A stretch of DNA of 64,000 nucleotides from a virus. Lineage: Duplodnaviria; Caudoviricetes. Location: positions 128,001-192,000 of IMG/VR virus record IMGVR_UViG_3300031994_000006; one strand, written 5' to 3'. Made by a program: the position numbers and the translations under genes. Shown here one piece after another: positions 30,661-38,937 of the stretch (the first letter of the stretch is position 1; every line of letters begins with the position of its first letter). Under the pieces are notes generated by a model, which had not been told where the DNA came from, searched no databases, and saw only the letters and a list, made by a program, of their open reading frames with translations.

Positions 30661-30704
30661 AAATAACGAATAACAGGAATACGGTAACAAAAAAAGATCA
30701 GATT

Positions 30705-31064
30705 ATGTCACGCACATTCAAGAAGAACATCCGCTGCTTCGTATGCTGCGGCAGCAATACGGAGTATTACAGGGCACGCCGCCGCAAGGTACGCCGCCGC
30801 TGTAATCATCAGCTTCGTACCCTTATGGCGAACCGCCTCCCCGAGGACGTCGACGACCTCTGGACCGATCCCTGCCTGCCGAAGGAGGATCAGTGGGACG
30901 AGCCTACTGACGGCCACTGGCATGAGAACCTGGATACTCTTAAGATGAATATCCGCATCTACGGACCCAAGGGCCTCTACTATGCCGACATGAAGCAGTT
31001 CAAGTACTACCTCAAGCCCCGTGTAAGCAGGTTTAAGGAAAAGATTTGCATTTTTTTGCATTAA
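30705..31064 (+). CDS. Hypothetical basic protein
   Basis: 119 aa; MSRTFKK N-terminus. Confidence 0.65.
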   Translation: MSRTFKKNIRCFVCCGSNTEYYRARRRKVRRRCNHQLRTLMANRLPEDVDDLWTDPCLPKEDQWDEPTDGHWHENLDTLKMNIRIYGPKGLYYADMKQFKYYLKPRVSRFKEKICIFLH

Positions 31065-31121
31065 AACGGATTTTTTGGGAAAGTCCGTGAATATATAAAA
31101 TGAATTCAATCTGACAAAGGT

Positions 31122-31235
31122 ATGATTTTCGCAATAACAAATATACGTCCGGTGAACGTCTACGGTAATGATGACCGCAGGCGCGAAGGTACGTATGCAG
31201 AGGCCGGAAGGCCCGAGGGTTATACGGAAATATAA
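31122..31235 (+). CDS. tRNA cluster 1 leader peptide (37 aa, MIFAITNIRPVNVYGNDDRRREGTYAEAGRPEGYTEI)
   Basis: ATG 31122 to TAA 31235; 35 of 37 codons are read by tRNAs of cluster 31510-39853. Confidence 0.8.
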   Translation: MIFAITNIRPVNVYGNDDRRREGTYAEAGRPEGYTEI

Positions 31236-31237
31236 TG

Positions 31238-31344
31238 ATCCTGTCAGAAATTCAAGTTCAGATGAGTGCTGATTAGAGATTTCGGAATTATTGAATGATA
31301 TGAACGGATGACAGGATTACCGGAGACGGGAATCCTGTTTTTTT
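31238..31344 (+). terminator. Attenuator 1: antiterminator and intrinsic terminator
   Basis: ATCCTGTCA (31238-46) complementary to TGACAGGAT (31309-17); terminator ACAGGATT/AATCCTGT + T-run (31311-31344). Confidence 0.8.
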
Positions 31345-31450
31345 ATGCCTGACGATGTGACCGGCCGTAAACCGGAGCGTTTTATAGATACAAGGCGACT
31401 GCGGCCGCCTGGCAAGAAGGGCCTCAAGGGGTCCGGGCCGAAAACCGCGG

Positions 31451-31463
31451 AGTTCTTTGACAT
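31451..31463 (+). promoter_or_regulatory. boxA-like antitermination element
   Basis: AGTTCTTTGACAT, recurs at 39658 and 45971, always at the head of tRNA runs. Confidence 0.65.
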
Positions 31464-31509
31464 ATTGATACATGATATAGCAAGGGTGCGGATTCGTCCG
31501 CACCTGTCT

Positions 31510-31584
31510 GGGGGATTAGCTCAGCCTGGTTAGAGCGCCTGCATGGCATGCAGGAGGTCACGGGTCCGAATCCCGTATCCTCCA
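31510..31584 (+). tRNA. tRNA-Ala(GGC)
   Basis: GGGGGAT/ATCCTCC acceptor with G3:U70; CCTGC-ATGGCAT-GCAGG. Confidence 0.92.
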
Positions 31585-31597
31585 CACTATTTTAATT

Positions 31598-31691
31598 GCC
31601 GAGATAACGGCGTTGGTCTGTAAAACCAATCTGCTTTAACAAATTGTCGTAGTGGACTCGCAGTAAGCAGGTTCGAATCCTGCTCTCGGCA
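31598..31691 (+). tRNA. Atypical tRNA-Tyr(GTA), no D-arm, long variable region
   Basis: GCCGAGA/TCTCGGC; TTGGT-CTGTAAA-ACCAA; GCAGG-TTCGAAT-CCTGC. Confidence 0.7.
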
Positions 31692-31704
31692 CATTTATCT
31701 TAAC

Positions 31705-32148
31705 AGAGCCTCCGTAAGCCGAGGAGAAAGGGCGTTGCAGAGCGGTCACCGGGACCTGTCATGAGTTCCGCCCGCCGATGACGCAGCCCGAATGCGGTGA
31801 AGTCCGATATACCGCATACCGTTGGCCGGCTGGGAATCGAAGGTGACGGCACGGAAGGGCGGACCTCCTGCCTGCAGGCACTGAGTTAGGGACACAGATT
31901 CCGGGATGTCGGGAACACGGTCAAGGTAACGGACAGGCTCTGAACCATAACAGTATGACTGCTCTAATCCGGCGGACGCGCCGGTGGTAATGAGGCGCCC
32001 CATACGCGCTCTCCCCTCCATGGCCAATCGGGGAAGCTCTCGGGGACTGTGAAGGGAAGTCCTGTAGAAGCGACGGGGCGAAGGTCACAGCGGAAGGTCA
32101 CGTCCGAAGGTCAAAGGGTGTGATTTAGCGTGCAAAGGCACATGCTGT
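31705..32148 (+). ncRNA. Putative large structured ncRNA, family unassigned
   Basis: About 440 nt GC-rich spacer between tRNAs, many short hairpins, no credible ORF. Confidence 0.4.
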
Positions 32149-32153
32149 TATTT

Positions 32154-32225
32154 GCGGGTATAGCTCAGGGGTAGAGCGTCTGCTTGCCATGCAGAAGGCC
32201 GTGGGTCCGAATCCCATTACCCGCT
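32154..32225 (+). tRNA. tRNA-Gly(GCC)
   Basis: TCTGC-TTGCCAT-GCAGA; full cloverleaf. Confidence 0.92.
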
Positions 32226-32233
32226 CATACCTT

Positions 32234-32305
32234 GCCCTGGTAGCTCAGCGGTAGAGCGCCTGCCTTGTAAGCAGGATGTCGTCGGTTCGAATCCGGCCCG
32301 GGGCT
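32234..32305 (+). tRNA. tRNA-Thr(TGT)
   Basis: CCTGC-CTTGTAA-GCAGG. Confidence 0.92.
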
Positions 32306-32703
32306 CGTCGAAAGAGATTTGAGGCTCAACGTAACGTCGGCAGTCCCTGAAGCCGTAAGGCGTATTCAAACTGCTGCCCGATCGTAGGTGCGGGAAGATT
32401 CGGTTCCGTTTTCCGGTTATAATAACGGACATTTTCATGCTGGTTTACGCAGTATATCGGCGACTGCACCGGGGCGTACATCCGGACCCTTTCTGGAAAA
32501 CCGTCGCAACCGCGGATAAGCGGCGGTGACTATAGCGGGGGTATGAAGGTTCGACTCCTTCGAAGGCACCAAAACTCAGTGACGAAGTTTAACGGATGCT
32601 TCCACCTGGGATCCGTGGGGCGGCGCGAATCTGCAGAGCGCCGTGAAACCTGCGCAGCCAGGTTAAAAGGGACGGGATTAGAGGCCAAGCAAGCCATGGA
32701 TAA

Positions 32704-32790
32704 AGCGAGGAGCCGAGTTGACCGTCTTGGAATGCGAAGAACTCCGGCGTAATGAGCCGGGAGTAGCGGGTTCGACTCCCGCCGTCGCTA
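32704..32790 (+). tRNA. Atypical tRNA-like element (loop GTAATGA, possible AAT anticodon) with enlarged D-arm
   Basis: AGCGAGG/CGTCGCT acceptor, CCGGC-GTAATGA-GCCGG, GCGGG-TTCGACT-CCCGC. Confidence 0.4.
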
Positions 32791-32794
32791 CAAT

Positions 32795-33125
32795 CGGGAT
32801 CGGCTGAACGCCGTCTGCTGCAGTCAGCCACGGAATTGCTACTCGTGGTAGCCTTGTGCATTTGTGTACAGGACGAACCGACGCAGGTTAAATGACTGTT
32901 TACCGGTATGTCGGGTACCGGGGCGGTGAAGATGACGCGAGGCCTTGCGCAGGTCCCGAGCTTTATACGGGGTGTTCCTGCAGTGTCTCAGGACCGGGCC
33001 GGAGCGGTGAAAGCATGCTGTAGTAGCCGCAGGCCGTCGGTTCCGCACTCAAAAGAAGGGCACGTGTACATGACGCAGGATAAAGTGCACATCCCACCCA
33101 TGACGGCAGCCGGGCCTCCGTCTTA
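32795..33125 (+). ncRNA. Putative structured ncRNA, family unassigned
   Basis: About 330 nt hairpin-rich spacer with no credible ORF. Confidence 0.35.
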
Positions 33126-33142
33126 TAAATTGTCCGGCACGA

Positions 33143-33215
33143 GGAGCAGTAGTTCAGCTGGTAGAGCGCCACCCTGTCACGGTGGAAGTCGCGGGTTCGA
33201 GTCCCGTCTGTTCCG
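33143..33215 (+). tRNA. tRNA-Asp(GTC)
   Basis: CCACC-CTGTCAC-GGTGG. Confidence 0.93.
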
Positions 33216-33558
33216 CATTATGGAGAGACCCCGGGGTCCAAGTCCGCCCGAACACGCGGAAAGGTCGCGACGAGTACGTGTGCAAGGCTCGGGCCGGTAT
33301 TACCATGGCGCCTGTGTTGATTCCGGACACAATGGCTCTCCACCTATACGGTTCGATTTGCCGGTCAGACGCCGGGTCCGTTCAAAACCCGGCAAGCCGG
33401 GATGCACAGGATAATCCTGTATGCGCTGAGCGGGGTGAAATGCATGCTAAGTAGCCTCCAGTAGGTGTATACAAGGAGAGTAAAAGGGCGATCGGCATAT
33501 GCCTGTAGCGTCCGCGTCCCACCGATACGGTTCCCGGTTCTCCGTGAAACCGGGCTAT

Positions 33559-33630
33559 GCGGAAGTAGCTCAGTGATAGAGCATCTGCCTTCCAAGCAGA
33601 GGGTCGCGGGTTTGAGCCCCGTCTTCCGCT
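33559..33630 (+). tRNA. tRNA-Gly(TCC)
   Basis: TCTGC-CTTCCAA-GCAGA. Confidence 0.92.
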
Positions 33631-33675
33631 CATACATGCCGGGTGATCCGCGGTTGCATCGCCGCGCCGGCTCCA

Positions 33676-33747
33676 GCTTCTGTAGCTCAGTGGTAGAGCA
33701 ATTCACTGTTAATGAAAAGGTCGCAGGTTCGATCCCTGCCGGGAGCG
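33676..33747 (+). tRNA. tRNA-Asn(GTT)
   Basis: TTCA-CTGTTAA-TGAA. Confidence 0.85.
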
Positions 33748-33754
33748 CTTAAAT

Positions 33755-33830
33755 TGGGGTGTAGCTCAGTCGGTTAGAGCGGCGGACTGTTAATCCGTGT
33801 CTCGCGTGGGTTCGATTCCCACCTCCCCAG
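33755..33830 (+). tRNA. tRNA-Asn(GTT), second copy
   Basis: GCGGA-CTGTTAA-TCCGT. Confidence 0.88.
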
Positions 33831-33834
33831 CGTT

Positions 33835-33908
33835 TGTACTGTAGCATCAGCGGGCCTATGCACCCCGGTGGTCCGGGGAGATCGGCGGTTCGAATCCGCC
33901 CGGTACAG
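33835..33908 (+). tRNA. tRNA-like element with non-canonical anticodon loop
   Basis: TGTACTG/CGGTACA acceptor and T-arm intact; CCCCGG-TGGT-CCGGGG instead of 7-nt loop. Confidence 0.5.
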
Positions 33909-33916
33909 CATAATAT

Positions 33917-34038
33917 GGGGTCTTCGTTCAATGGAAGGTAAGCGCGCGATTGAGGACCTGGCGGAAAGCCGGTCCCGATTTCCTGCCGAAGGATGCCGGG
34001 GAGACCCGGTGATTGACGTTCGAATCGTCGAGGCCCCG
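33917..34038 (+). ncRNA. tRNA-like element with anticodon arm replaced by several hairpins
   Basis: GGGGTCT/AGGCCCC acceptor, D-like and T arms flanking GGC-GGAAA-GCC and CCGGG-GAGA-CCCGG hairpins. Confidence 0.5.
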
Positions 34039-34171
34039 CATAGACGTTCGGAGCATCCTGTTTCGTAAGATGCATCGCACTCGGCAGGATCAACCCGGAT
34101 GCGAAGGAGGTGACCGGCACTTCGGCACAGCGCTCAATACCGGAAAATCCGGACCTCCTTTTTACACATAA

Positions 34172-34245
34172 GGGCCTGTAGCTCAGTTGGTTAGAGCAAC
34201 AGACTCATAATCTGGAGGTCGTGGGTTCAAGCCCCTCCAGGCCCA
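34172..34245 (+). tRNA. tRNA-Ile2(CAT), lysidine type, reads ATA
   Basis: GGGCCTG acceptor typical of Ile; CAGA-CTCATAA-TCTG. Confidence 0.8.
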
Positions 34246-34249
34246 CTCT

Positions 34250-34335
34250 GGCAGGCTATGCGGTGCCGATACTTCTGCGGTGGCTGAACACATTCGACTG
34301 TAAATCGAACTTAAAACGGCCCGTAATCCCCTGCT
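34250..34335 (+). ncRNA. Y-RNA-like element 1
   Basis: Terminal stem, GGCTAT-N10-TACTTCT; carries TTCGA-CTGTAAA-TCGAA anticodon-like hairpin. Confidence 0.65.
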
Positions 34336-34344
34336 TGTCTCTAA

Positions 34345-34434
34345 TAAACGGCTATACTCGGCGGCTACTTCTGCAAGCTGTAGTCAGCGCCTGATTCGTA
34401 ATCTGGAGAAACGCCCGCCGGTCCTTTCCGTTTA
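34345..34434 (+). ncRNA. Y-RNA-like element 2
   Basis: TAAACGG/CCGTTTA stem; GGCTAT-N10-TACTTCT. Confidence 0.65.
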
Positions 34435-34443
34435 TCCTATACA

Positions 34444-34515
34444 TGCGGCTATGTCATCCGTTACTTCTCAAAGAATGATCTGCAACATCGTGTCCCACGG
34501 ATGACTTTTTCCGCA
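34444..34515 (+). ncRNA. Y-RNA-like element 3
   Basis: TGCGG/CCGCA stem; GTCATCCGT/ACGGATGAC inner stem; motif present. Confidence 0.65.
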
Positions 34516-34537
34516 GTTTTACGTATAATAAACGACT

Positions 34538-34610
<73 letters not shown>

Positions 34611-34612
34611 CT

Positions 34613-34695
34613 AAACGGCTATCCGGCATGCTACTTCTCAGCTCGATAAAGAATGTAAAGGGTACATGCTATTCCGCTTGCCGGGTTTTCCGTTT
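34613..34695 (+). ncRNA. Y-RNA-like element 4
   Basis: AAACGG/CCGTTT stem; GGCTAT-N9-TACTTCT. Confidence 0.65.
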
Positions 34696-34702
34696 TCCAT
34701 AT

Positions 34703-34777
34703 GTTCCCAAGGGCGATATAGGTCGAGCCACAGGACTTTCGATCCTGAAAAAGTGGGTTCGATTCCCACTGGGAATA
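34703..34777 (+). tRNA. tRNA-Glu(TTC)
   Basis: CAGGA-CTTTCGA-TCCTG. Confidence 0.8.
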
Positions 34778-34783
34778 CTCAAT

Positions 34784-34857
34784 GCTCCCATAGGCGAACT
34801 GGTTAAGCCGTCACACTCTCAATGTGGAGATTCCGGGTTCGAGTCCCGGTGGGAGTA
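34784..34857 (+). tRNA. tRNA-Glu(CTC)
   Basis: TCACA-CTCTCAA-TGTGG. Confidence 0.9.
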
Positions 34858-34940
34858 CGCAAAGTCCCGGCTGGGCCTGCTGTTCATGCAGGACTTAGGG
34901 GCCGGCGCCGTGGGGCCACCGTCAAAAACCCCACTCCTTC

Positions 34941-35015
34941 GGGGCGTTAGCTCAGTCCGGTCAGAGCACCTGCTTTGCAAGCAGGGGGTCGACGGTTCGA
35001 ATCCGTCACGCTCCA
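34941..35015 (+). tRNA. tRNA-Ala(TGC)
   Basis: CCTGC-TTTGCAA-GCAGG; G3:U70. Confidence 0.93.
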
Positions 35016-35135
35016 CGAAAGGGAAAGCGTGTAGAAACCGGCGGCGGCCGGCGGAGCCTCAGGCAGGATATCCCCTCGGCATAACGGACCGGCTCTGACC
35101 GGTACCATGCCGTCAGTCTTTGGTCCTGTCAACCT

Positions 35136-35216
35136 GCCGGAATGGGACAGTGGTCGACTCCATCGGTATCGTAAACCGACTCGAAAGACACGGCGGTTCG
35201 AATCCGCCTTCCGGCT
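35136..35216 (+). tRNA. tRNA-Thr(CGT) with extended variable arm
   Basis: TCGGT-ATCGTAA-ACCGA. Confidence 0.8.
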
Positions 35217-35221
35217 CCTAA

Positions 35222-35350
35222 GGCAGGCTATGGCCGCTGCTACTTCTCCTTAGCGGAGTACGCGAGAAGGCTCAGCGACGTGATTCATTGCACGTGTACC
35301 GGGGTTCGAATCCCCGCCCCGCTGTCAGTCGTCACGGTCTGTTCCCTGCC
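35222..35350 (+). ncRNA. Y-RNA-like element 5 (contains a whole tRNA-like module)
   Basis: GGCAGG/CCTGCC stem; motif; internal ACGTG-ATTCATTG-CACGT and GGGG-TTCGAAT-CCCC. Confidence 0.65.
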
Positions 35351-35358
35351 CCTGTACA

Positions 35359-35461
35359 GTCCGGCTATCCGCCTGTGGTTACTTCTGAAGCTGGTTACTC
35401 GTAGGTTCGAATCCTGCTTTTTCCGCCATGGGAAAAAAGTCACCGCACGGTCTTTCCGGAT
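35359..35461 (+). ncRNA. Y-RNA-like element 6
   Basis: GTCCGG/CCGGAT stem; motif; internal T-arm GTAGG-TTCGAAT-CCTGC. Confidence 0.65.
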
Positions 35462-35570
35462 TTCCATAAGCGTTCAGCCGCCCGGGCAGGTCACATACAG
35501 GCGACAAGCCCCGTGACTCCGGACGGGCCTGCGCGTTTAACGGTTATATACGGAAACCAAAGACATATCA

Positions 35571-36143
35571 ATGCGATACATTTTCTTCGACACCGAGACG
35601 ACGGGCGTTCCCAGGAACTACAAGGCGCCGTCGACGGATACGGACAACTGGCCGCGGCTCGTGCAGCTCGGCTGGATCCTGGCGGACGGACCTGACACAG
35701 TCGTCCATACGGGAAACCTGATCGTCAGGCCCGACGGATTCGAGATACCCGAGGAGGCCGCGAACGTGCACGGTATACACACGGCCGACGCTCTGGAGAA
35801 GGGCATACCCCTGGCCGACGCGATCAATCAGTTCATAGAGGATCTCAATCAGGCCGACCTGATTGTAGGACATAATGTCGGTTTCGACCTCAAGATCGTG
35901 GGCGCCGAGATGGTCCGCCTGGGTATCGGCGACATGATGGAATCCAAGCCTCATTTCGACACGATGCAGGCGTCGACGAGCTACTGCGCCATCCCTGGCA
36001 AGTTCGGGTACAAGTGGCCGAAGCTCATGGAGCTGCATCAGAAGCTGTTCGAATGCGGCTTCGAGGATGCGCACGACGCCATGGCAGATATCACGGCGAC
36101 GGCCAGGTGCTTCTGGGAAATGATGAGAAGAGGCCTTGCATAG
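35571..36143 (+). CDS. DEDDh 3'-5' exonuclease (DnaQ-like)
   Basis: FDTETTG, GHNVGFD, AHDAMAD. Confidence 0.9.
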   Translation: MRYIFFDTETTGVPRNYKAPSTDTDNWPRLVQLGWILADGPDTVVHTGNLIVRPDGFEIPEEAANVHGIHTADALEKGIPLADAINQFIEDLNQADLIVGHNVGFDLKIVGAEMVRLGIGDMMESKPHFDTMQASTSYCAIPGKFGYKWPKLMELHQKLFECGFEDAHDAMADITATARCFWEMMRRGLA

Positions 36144-36144
36144 T

Positions 36145-36234
36145 ATGATAGTGATGAATACCGAGGCGATAGTCGCCGCCTGTGTGATAGGGGCGTGCCT
36201 CATAGCATGGATGATATTCCATAAGGACCGTTAG
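36145..36234 (+). CDS. Small membrane peptide (29 aa)
   Basis: MIVMNTEAIVAACVIGACLIAWMIFHKDR directly after exonuclease stop. Confidence 0.45.
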   Translation: MIVMNTEAIVAACVIGACLIAWMIFHKDR

Positions 36235-36243
36235 GTCCTGAAT

Positions 36244-36333
36244 GCACGGGTAAAGCGTAACTGGATGACCGCCCCGGTCTACGAAACCGGTCTATCTGAA
36301 AAGAAGTTGCGGGTTCGAATCCCGCCCCGTGTA
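36244..36333 (+). tRNA. tRNA-Arg(ACG) with long variable region
   Basis: CCGGT-CTACGAA-ACCGG. Confidence 0.82.
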
Positions 36334-36462
36334 CACAGACAGGGCAGCACTCCGTAGAGTCTGAGATTCACCATTCTCTTTGCGGACCATACTGTCCTTT
36401 GTCGCGGAATTCGCCGGCATGCCCGGTGATATATAAACCAAAATCAACCAAACAGCAAGACT

Positions 36463-37140
36463 ATGAAGAAGCTCATGGGCCTGGCGTTTATCTGCCTCAT
36501 GGCCTGTATGACATTCATGCTCACCGGCTGCACCAAGTGTGCCGGAGACAAGACCGAGCCCGCCATGGACAGTGTCGCGACTGATTCTGCAAAGACAGAT
36601 ACCGTCGTGACGGAGGGCTACAACGTGGAGCAGGTCATCTCCACCGATCGTCAGGCCATGTTCATGGCCTACAAGCAGGACTATCGCTGGTATGAGACCT
36701 GCATCGTCCTGAAGGACTTCCTTGACGAGGACTGCGACGGCACCGTCGTCGGCCTGTCCAATATCTTCCAGGTCGTCTTTGAGGAGGGCAACGGCGCCGA
36801 TGTTTATGTCGTCATGTATGCGCATGCGGCCAACAAGGGCGATTCTGTGACGACCGTGCATTCATTCTGGATTGAAGATTATGACATGGGTAAGGAGCCT
36901 GTGAAGATGATTACGTTCGCAGAGGCCTTCCAGAAGATCCAGGAGACTAACTATCCGAAACCGCATTCCAAGCACTGCGTGCTCCGTAAGGAGGTGGGAC
37001 CGAAGGACTGCAATCCTCAGTACATCTTCGGCAACGCACAGGCTCAGCTCTATGTGGACGCCGTAACCGGCAAGGTCAGTCCTGACAATCCCGTATTCGA
37101 GGGCGTAAAGCTGGCCAAGCCTCTCGGTGAGTGGCCCTGA
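36463..37140 (+). CDS. Lipoprotein
   Basis: Signal peptide with LTG-C lipobox. Confidence 0.75.
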   Translation: MKKLMGLAFICLMACMTFMLTGCTKCAGDKTEPAMDSVATDSAKTDTVVTEGYNVEQVISTDRQAMFMAYKQDYRWYETCIVLKDFLDEDCDGTVVGLSNIFQVVFEEGNGADVYVVMYAHAANKGDSVTTVHSFWIEDYDMGKEPVKMITFAEAFQKIQETNYPKPHSKHCVLRKEVGPKDCNPQYIFGNAQAQLYVDAVTGKVSPDNPVFEGVKLAKPLGEWP

Positions 37141-37164
37141 TAAAGGGACAGGATAACACATGAT

Positions 37165-37200
37165 AAATTGCAGATTTGAAATATTCAAATCTGCAATTTT
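37165..37200 (+). terminator. Intrinsic terminator-like hairpin
   Basis: AAATTGCAGATTTGAA/TTCAAATCTGCAATTT. Confidence 0.65.
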
Positions 37201-37245
37201 AGCATTTATGACCTCAGGTTATATAATGCGTTAAAATATTACAAT

Positions 37246-37318
37246 CGGGATGTAGCCCAGTAGGTAGGGCGCTACGTTCGGGACGTAGAGGTCGCTGGTC
37301 CGAGTCCAGTCATCCCGA
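37246..37318 (+). tRNA. tRNA-Pro(CGG)
   Basis: CTACG-TTCGGGA-CGTAG. Confidence 0.9.
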
Positions 37319-37457
37319 CTTCGGAAGATGGTGTAGGCGCACAGCCGGGTTGGTCCGGCACCCGCGGAAATAAGAGGATCCGGAATACCGCGGAGCAATG
37401 GGCATTCGTGCAATGCCGTATGCGGTGACCGAAGCAGCGAGCGGTCTCTTCCGTCCA

Positions 37458-37531
37458 CGGGGTGTAGCTCAGTAGGTTAGAGTACGCGTCTGGGGGGCGT
37501 GAGGTCGTCCGTTCGAGTCGGATCACCCCGA
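37458..37531 (+). tRNA. tRNA-Pro(GGG)
   Basis: CGCGT-CTGGGGG-GCGTG. Confidence 0.9.
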
Positions 37532-37535
37532 CAAT

Positions 37536-37607
37536 CAGGATATAGCACAGCGGCAGTGTGCATGGTTTGGGACCATGCGGTCGGCGGTTCGAATCCGTCT
37601 ATCCTGA
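37536..37607 (+). tRNA. tRNA-Pro(TGG)
   Basis: CATGG-TTTGGGA-CCATG. Confidence 0.88.
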
Positions 37608-37788
37608 CAGATCAATGAGGATCCTCTGAGATGGGTGCTCCAAGGTAGAAGCTTGAGGATTTAAACGGATAATGTTTTATGCGACAACAAAAGCAGCTGT
37701 TCATTCAGCAGCGCCCGTGGGTATTAATCCCGATGAAAATATCGCCTCATTTGATTTAAACGGATACAAACAGACAAAGACATACAGT

Positions 37789-38232
37789 ATGAGATTTCTT
37801 CGTTCAGAGACCGTCGTATCGGTCGAGGATCTTAAGGCACAGGGACTGCAGGAGCAGCGCGTGCAGACGGACTATCACGGCAAGAACCGTGAGAGCATGT
37901 GGGGCTATCTCCTCGGGGACGGCTCGGTCGTCCTGGTCAACACGCCGGTTGCCGCCCATCCGTTTCCGCTCTGGGGACTTGTCGCGTCGCCTGAGCATGT
38001 CAAGGACGGCGACGGCAAATGCAGGCTTGTCATTCTTGACGATATCATCAAGGAGACTCCGGACGAGGCGGTTATCACCCTGATGCAGGAGGCATATGAC
38101 TTCCTGAATGAGAAGGGCGAGCTCAAGGAGGACGGTACCCTTGATACAGGACTCTATATCGATCGCCGCAATGCGGAAATCGAGAAATTGCGCCTGGAGA
38201 AGGTCGACAGGCCTGAAGAGGATGAACGCTGA
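37789..38232 (+). CDS. Hypothetical protein
   Basis: Likely start MRFLRSE at 37789. Confidence 0.6.
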   Translation: MRFLRSETVVSVEDLKAQGLQEQRVQTDYHGKNRESMWGYLLGDGSVVLVNTPVAAHPFPLWGLVASPEHVKDGDGKCRLVILDDIIKETPDEAVITLMQEAYDFLNEKGELKEDGTLDTGLYIDRRNAEIEKLRLEKVDRPEEDER

Positions 38233-38401
38233 TATGGAAGACGTCGACAAGGAGATATTGAACCGTGACAGGCACTGGAACGAGTTCATAGCAGAATGGG
38301 AGTCTGAACACGGCGTATCCGCGTCGGGCGAGGACTCTGAGGTCCTCTTCAGGGAGTTCATGACCTGGGAGGAGAACAGAGGTTTGAATCCGGGACAGTA
38401 G
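38222..38401 (+). CDS. Hypothetical acidic protein
   Basis: MNADMEDVDKE..., overlaps upstream stop. Confidence 0.55.
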   Translation: MNADMEDVDKEILNRDRHWNEFIAEWESEHGVSASGEDSEVLFREFMTWEENRGLNPGQ

Positions 38402-38411
38402 CCCGGGTTAT

Positions 38412-38485
38412 GTTCCCGTAGCTCAGCCGGTTAGAGTATCACCATGACAAGGTGGGGGTCGGCGGTCCGAATCCGCCCGGGAACA
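38412..38485 (+). tRNA. tRNA-Val(GAC)
   Basis: TCACC-ATGACAA-GGTGG. Confidence 0.9.
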
Positions 38486-38486
38486 C

Positions 38487-38777
38487 ATGAGCACGTTTGA
38501 CGTATACAGATCCTGCGGCCGCGTGGTCGGCGGCAGGGAATCGAAGGCCGCGGCCGATCTCGCGTTCGGCAGATGTTCCTGGTGGAAACGGGGATGGCTG
38601 CATTTCGTCGTATGGAACGAGAGGCGCAGGCGGTATAATGCCGCCGAGATCAGGCTGCCGGGTGACAGTCCGTGGTCCGGGTGCCTGCAGTCCGTATTTA
38701 CCGCCCTCACGGCCCTGTTCTTCCTGTCGGTGCTCATATATGCGGCCGTGGAAATAATAGGATCGATGTTCCCGTAG
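38487..38777 (+). CDS. Hypothetical membrane protein (stop lies inside next tRNA)
   Basis: 96 aa with C-terminal TM helix. Confidence 0.45.
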   Translation: MSTFDVYRSCGRVVGGRESKAAADLAFGRCSWWKRGWLHFVVWNERRRRYNAAEIRLPGDSPWSGCLQSVFTALTALFFLSVLIYAAVEIIGSMFP

Positions 38778-38842
38778 CTCAGCCGGTTCAGAGCACCTGG
38801 CCTACAACCAGGGGGTCGGCGGTTCGAATCCGTCCGGGAACA
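38768..38842 (+). tRNA. tRNA-Val(TAC)
   Basis: CCTGG-CCTACAA-CCAGG. Confidence 0.88.
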
Positions 38843-38849
38843 CAGACGC

Positions 38850-38923
38850 ACGCCCGTAGCTCAGCGGATCAGAGCGCCGGACTCCGGATCCGGAGGTCGC
38901 GGGTTCGAGTCCCGCCGGGCGTA
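38850..38923 (+). tRNA. tRNA-Arg(CCG)
   Basis: CCGGA-CTCCGGA-TCCGG. Confidence 0.88.
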
Positions 38924-38937
38924 CGGATATATACACC

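Noticed and set aside
31705-32148. RNase P RNA or group I intron
   Set aside because: No GAGGAAAGUCC P4 signature or recognisable P7 core found by eye; left unassigned.
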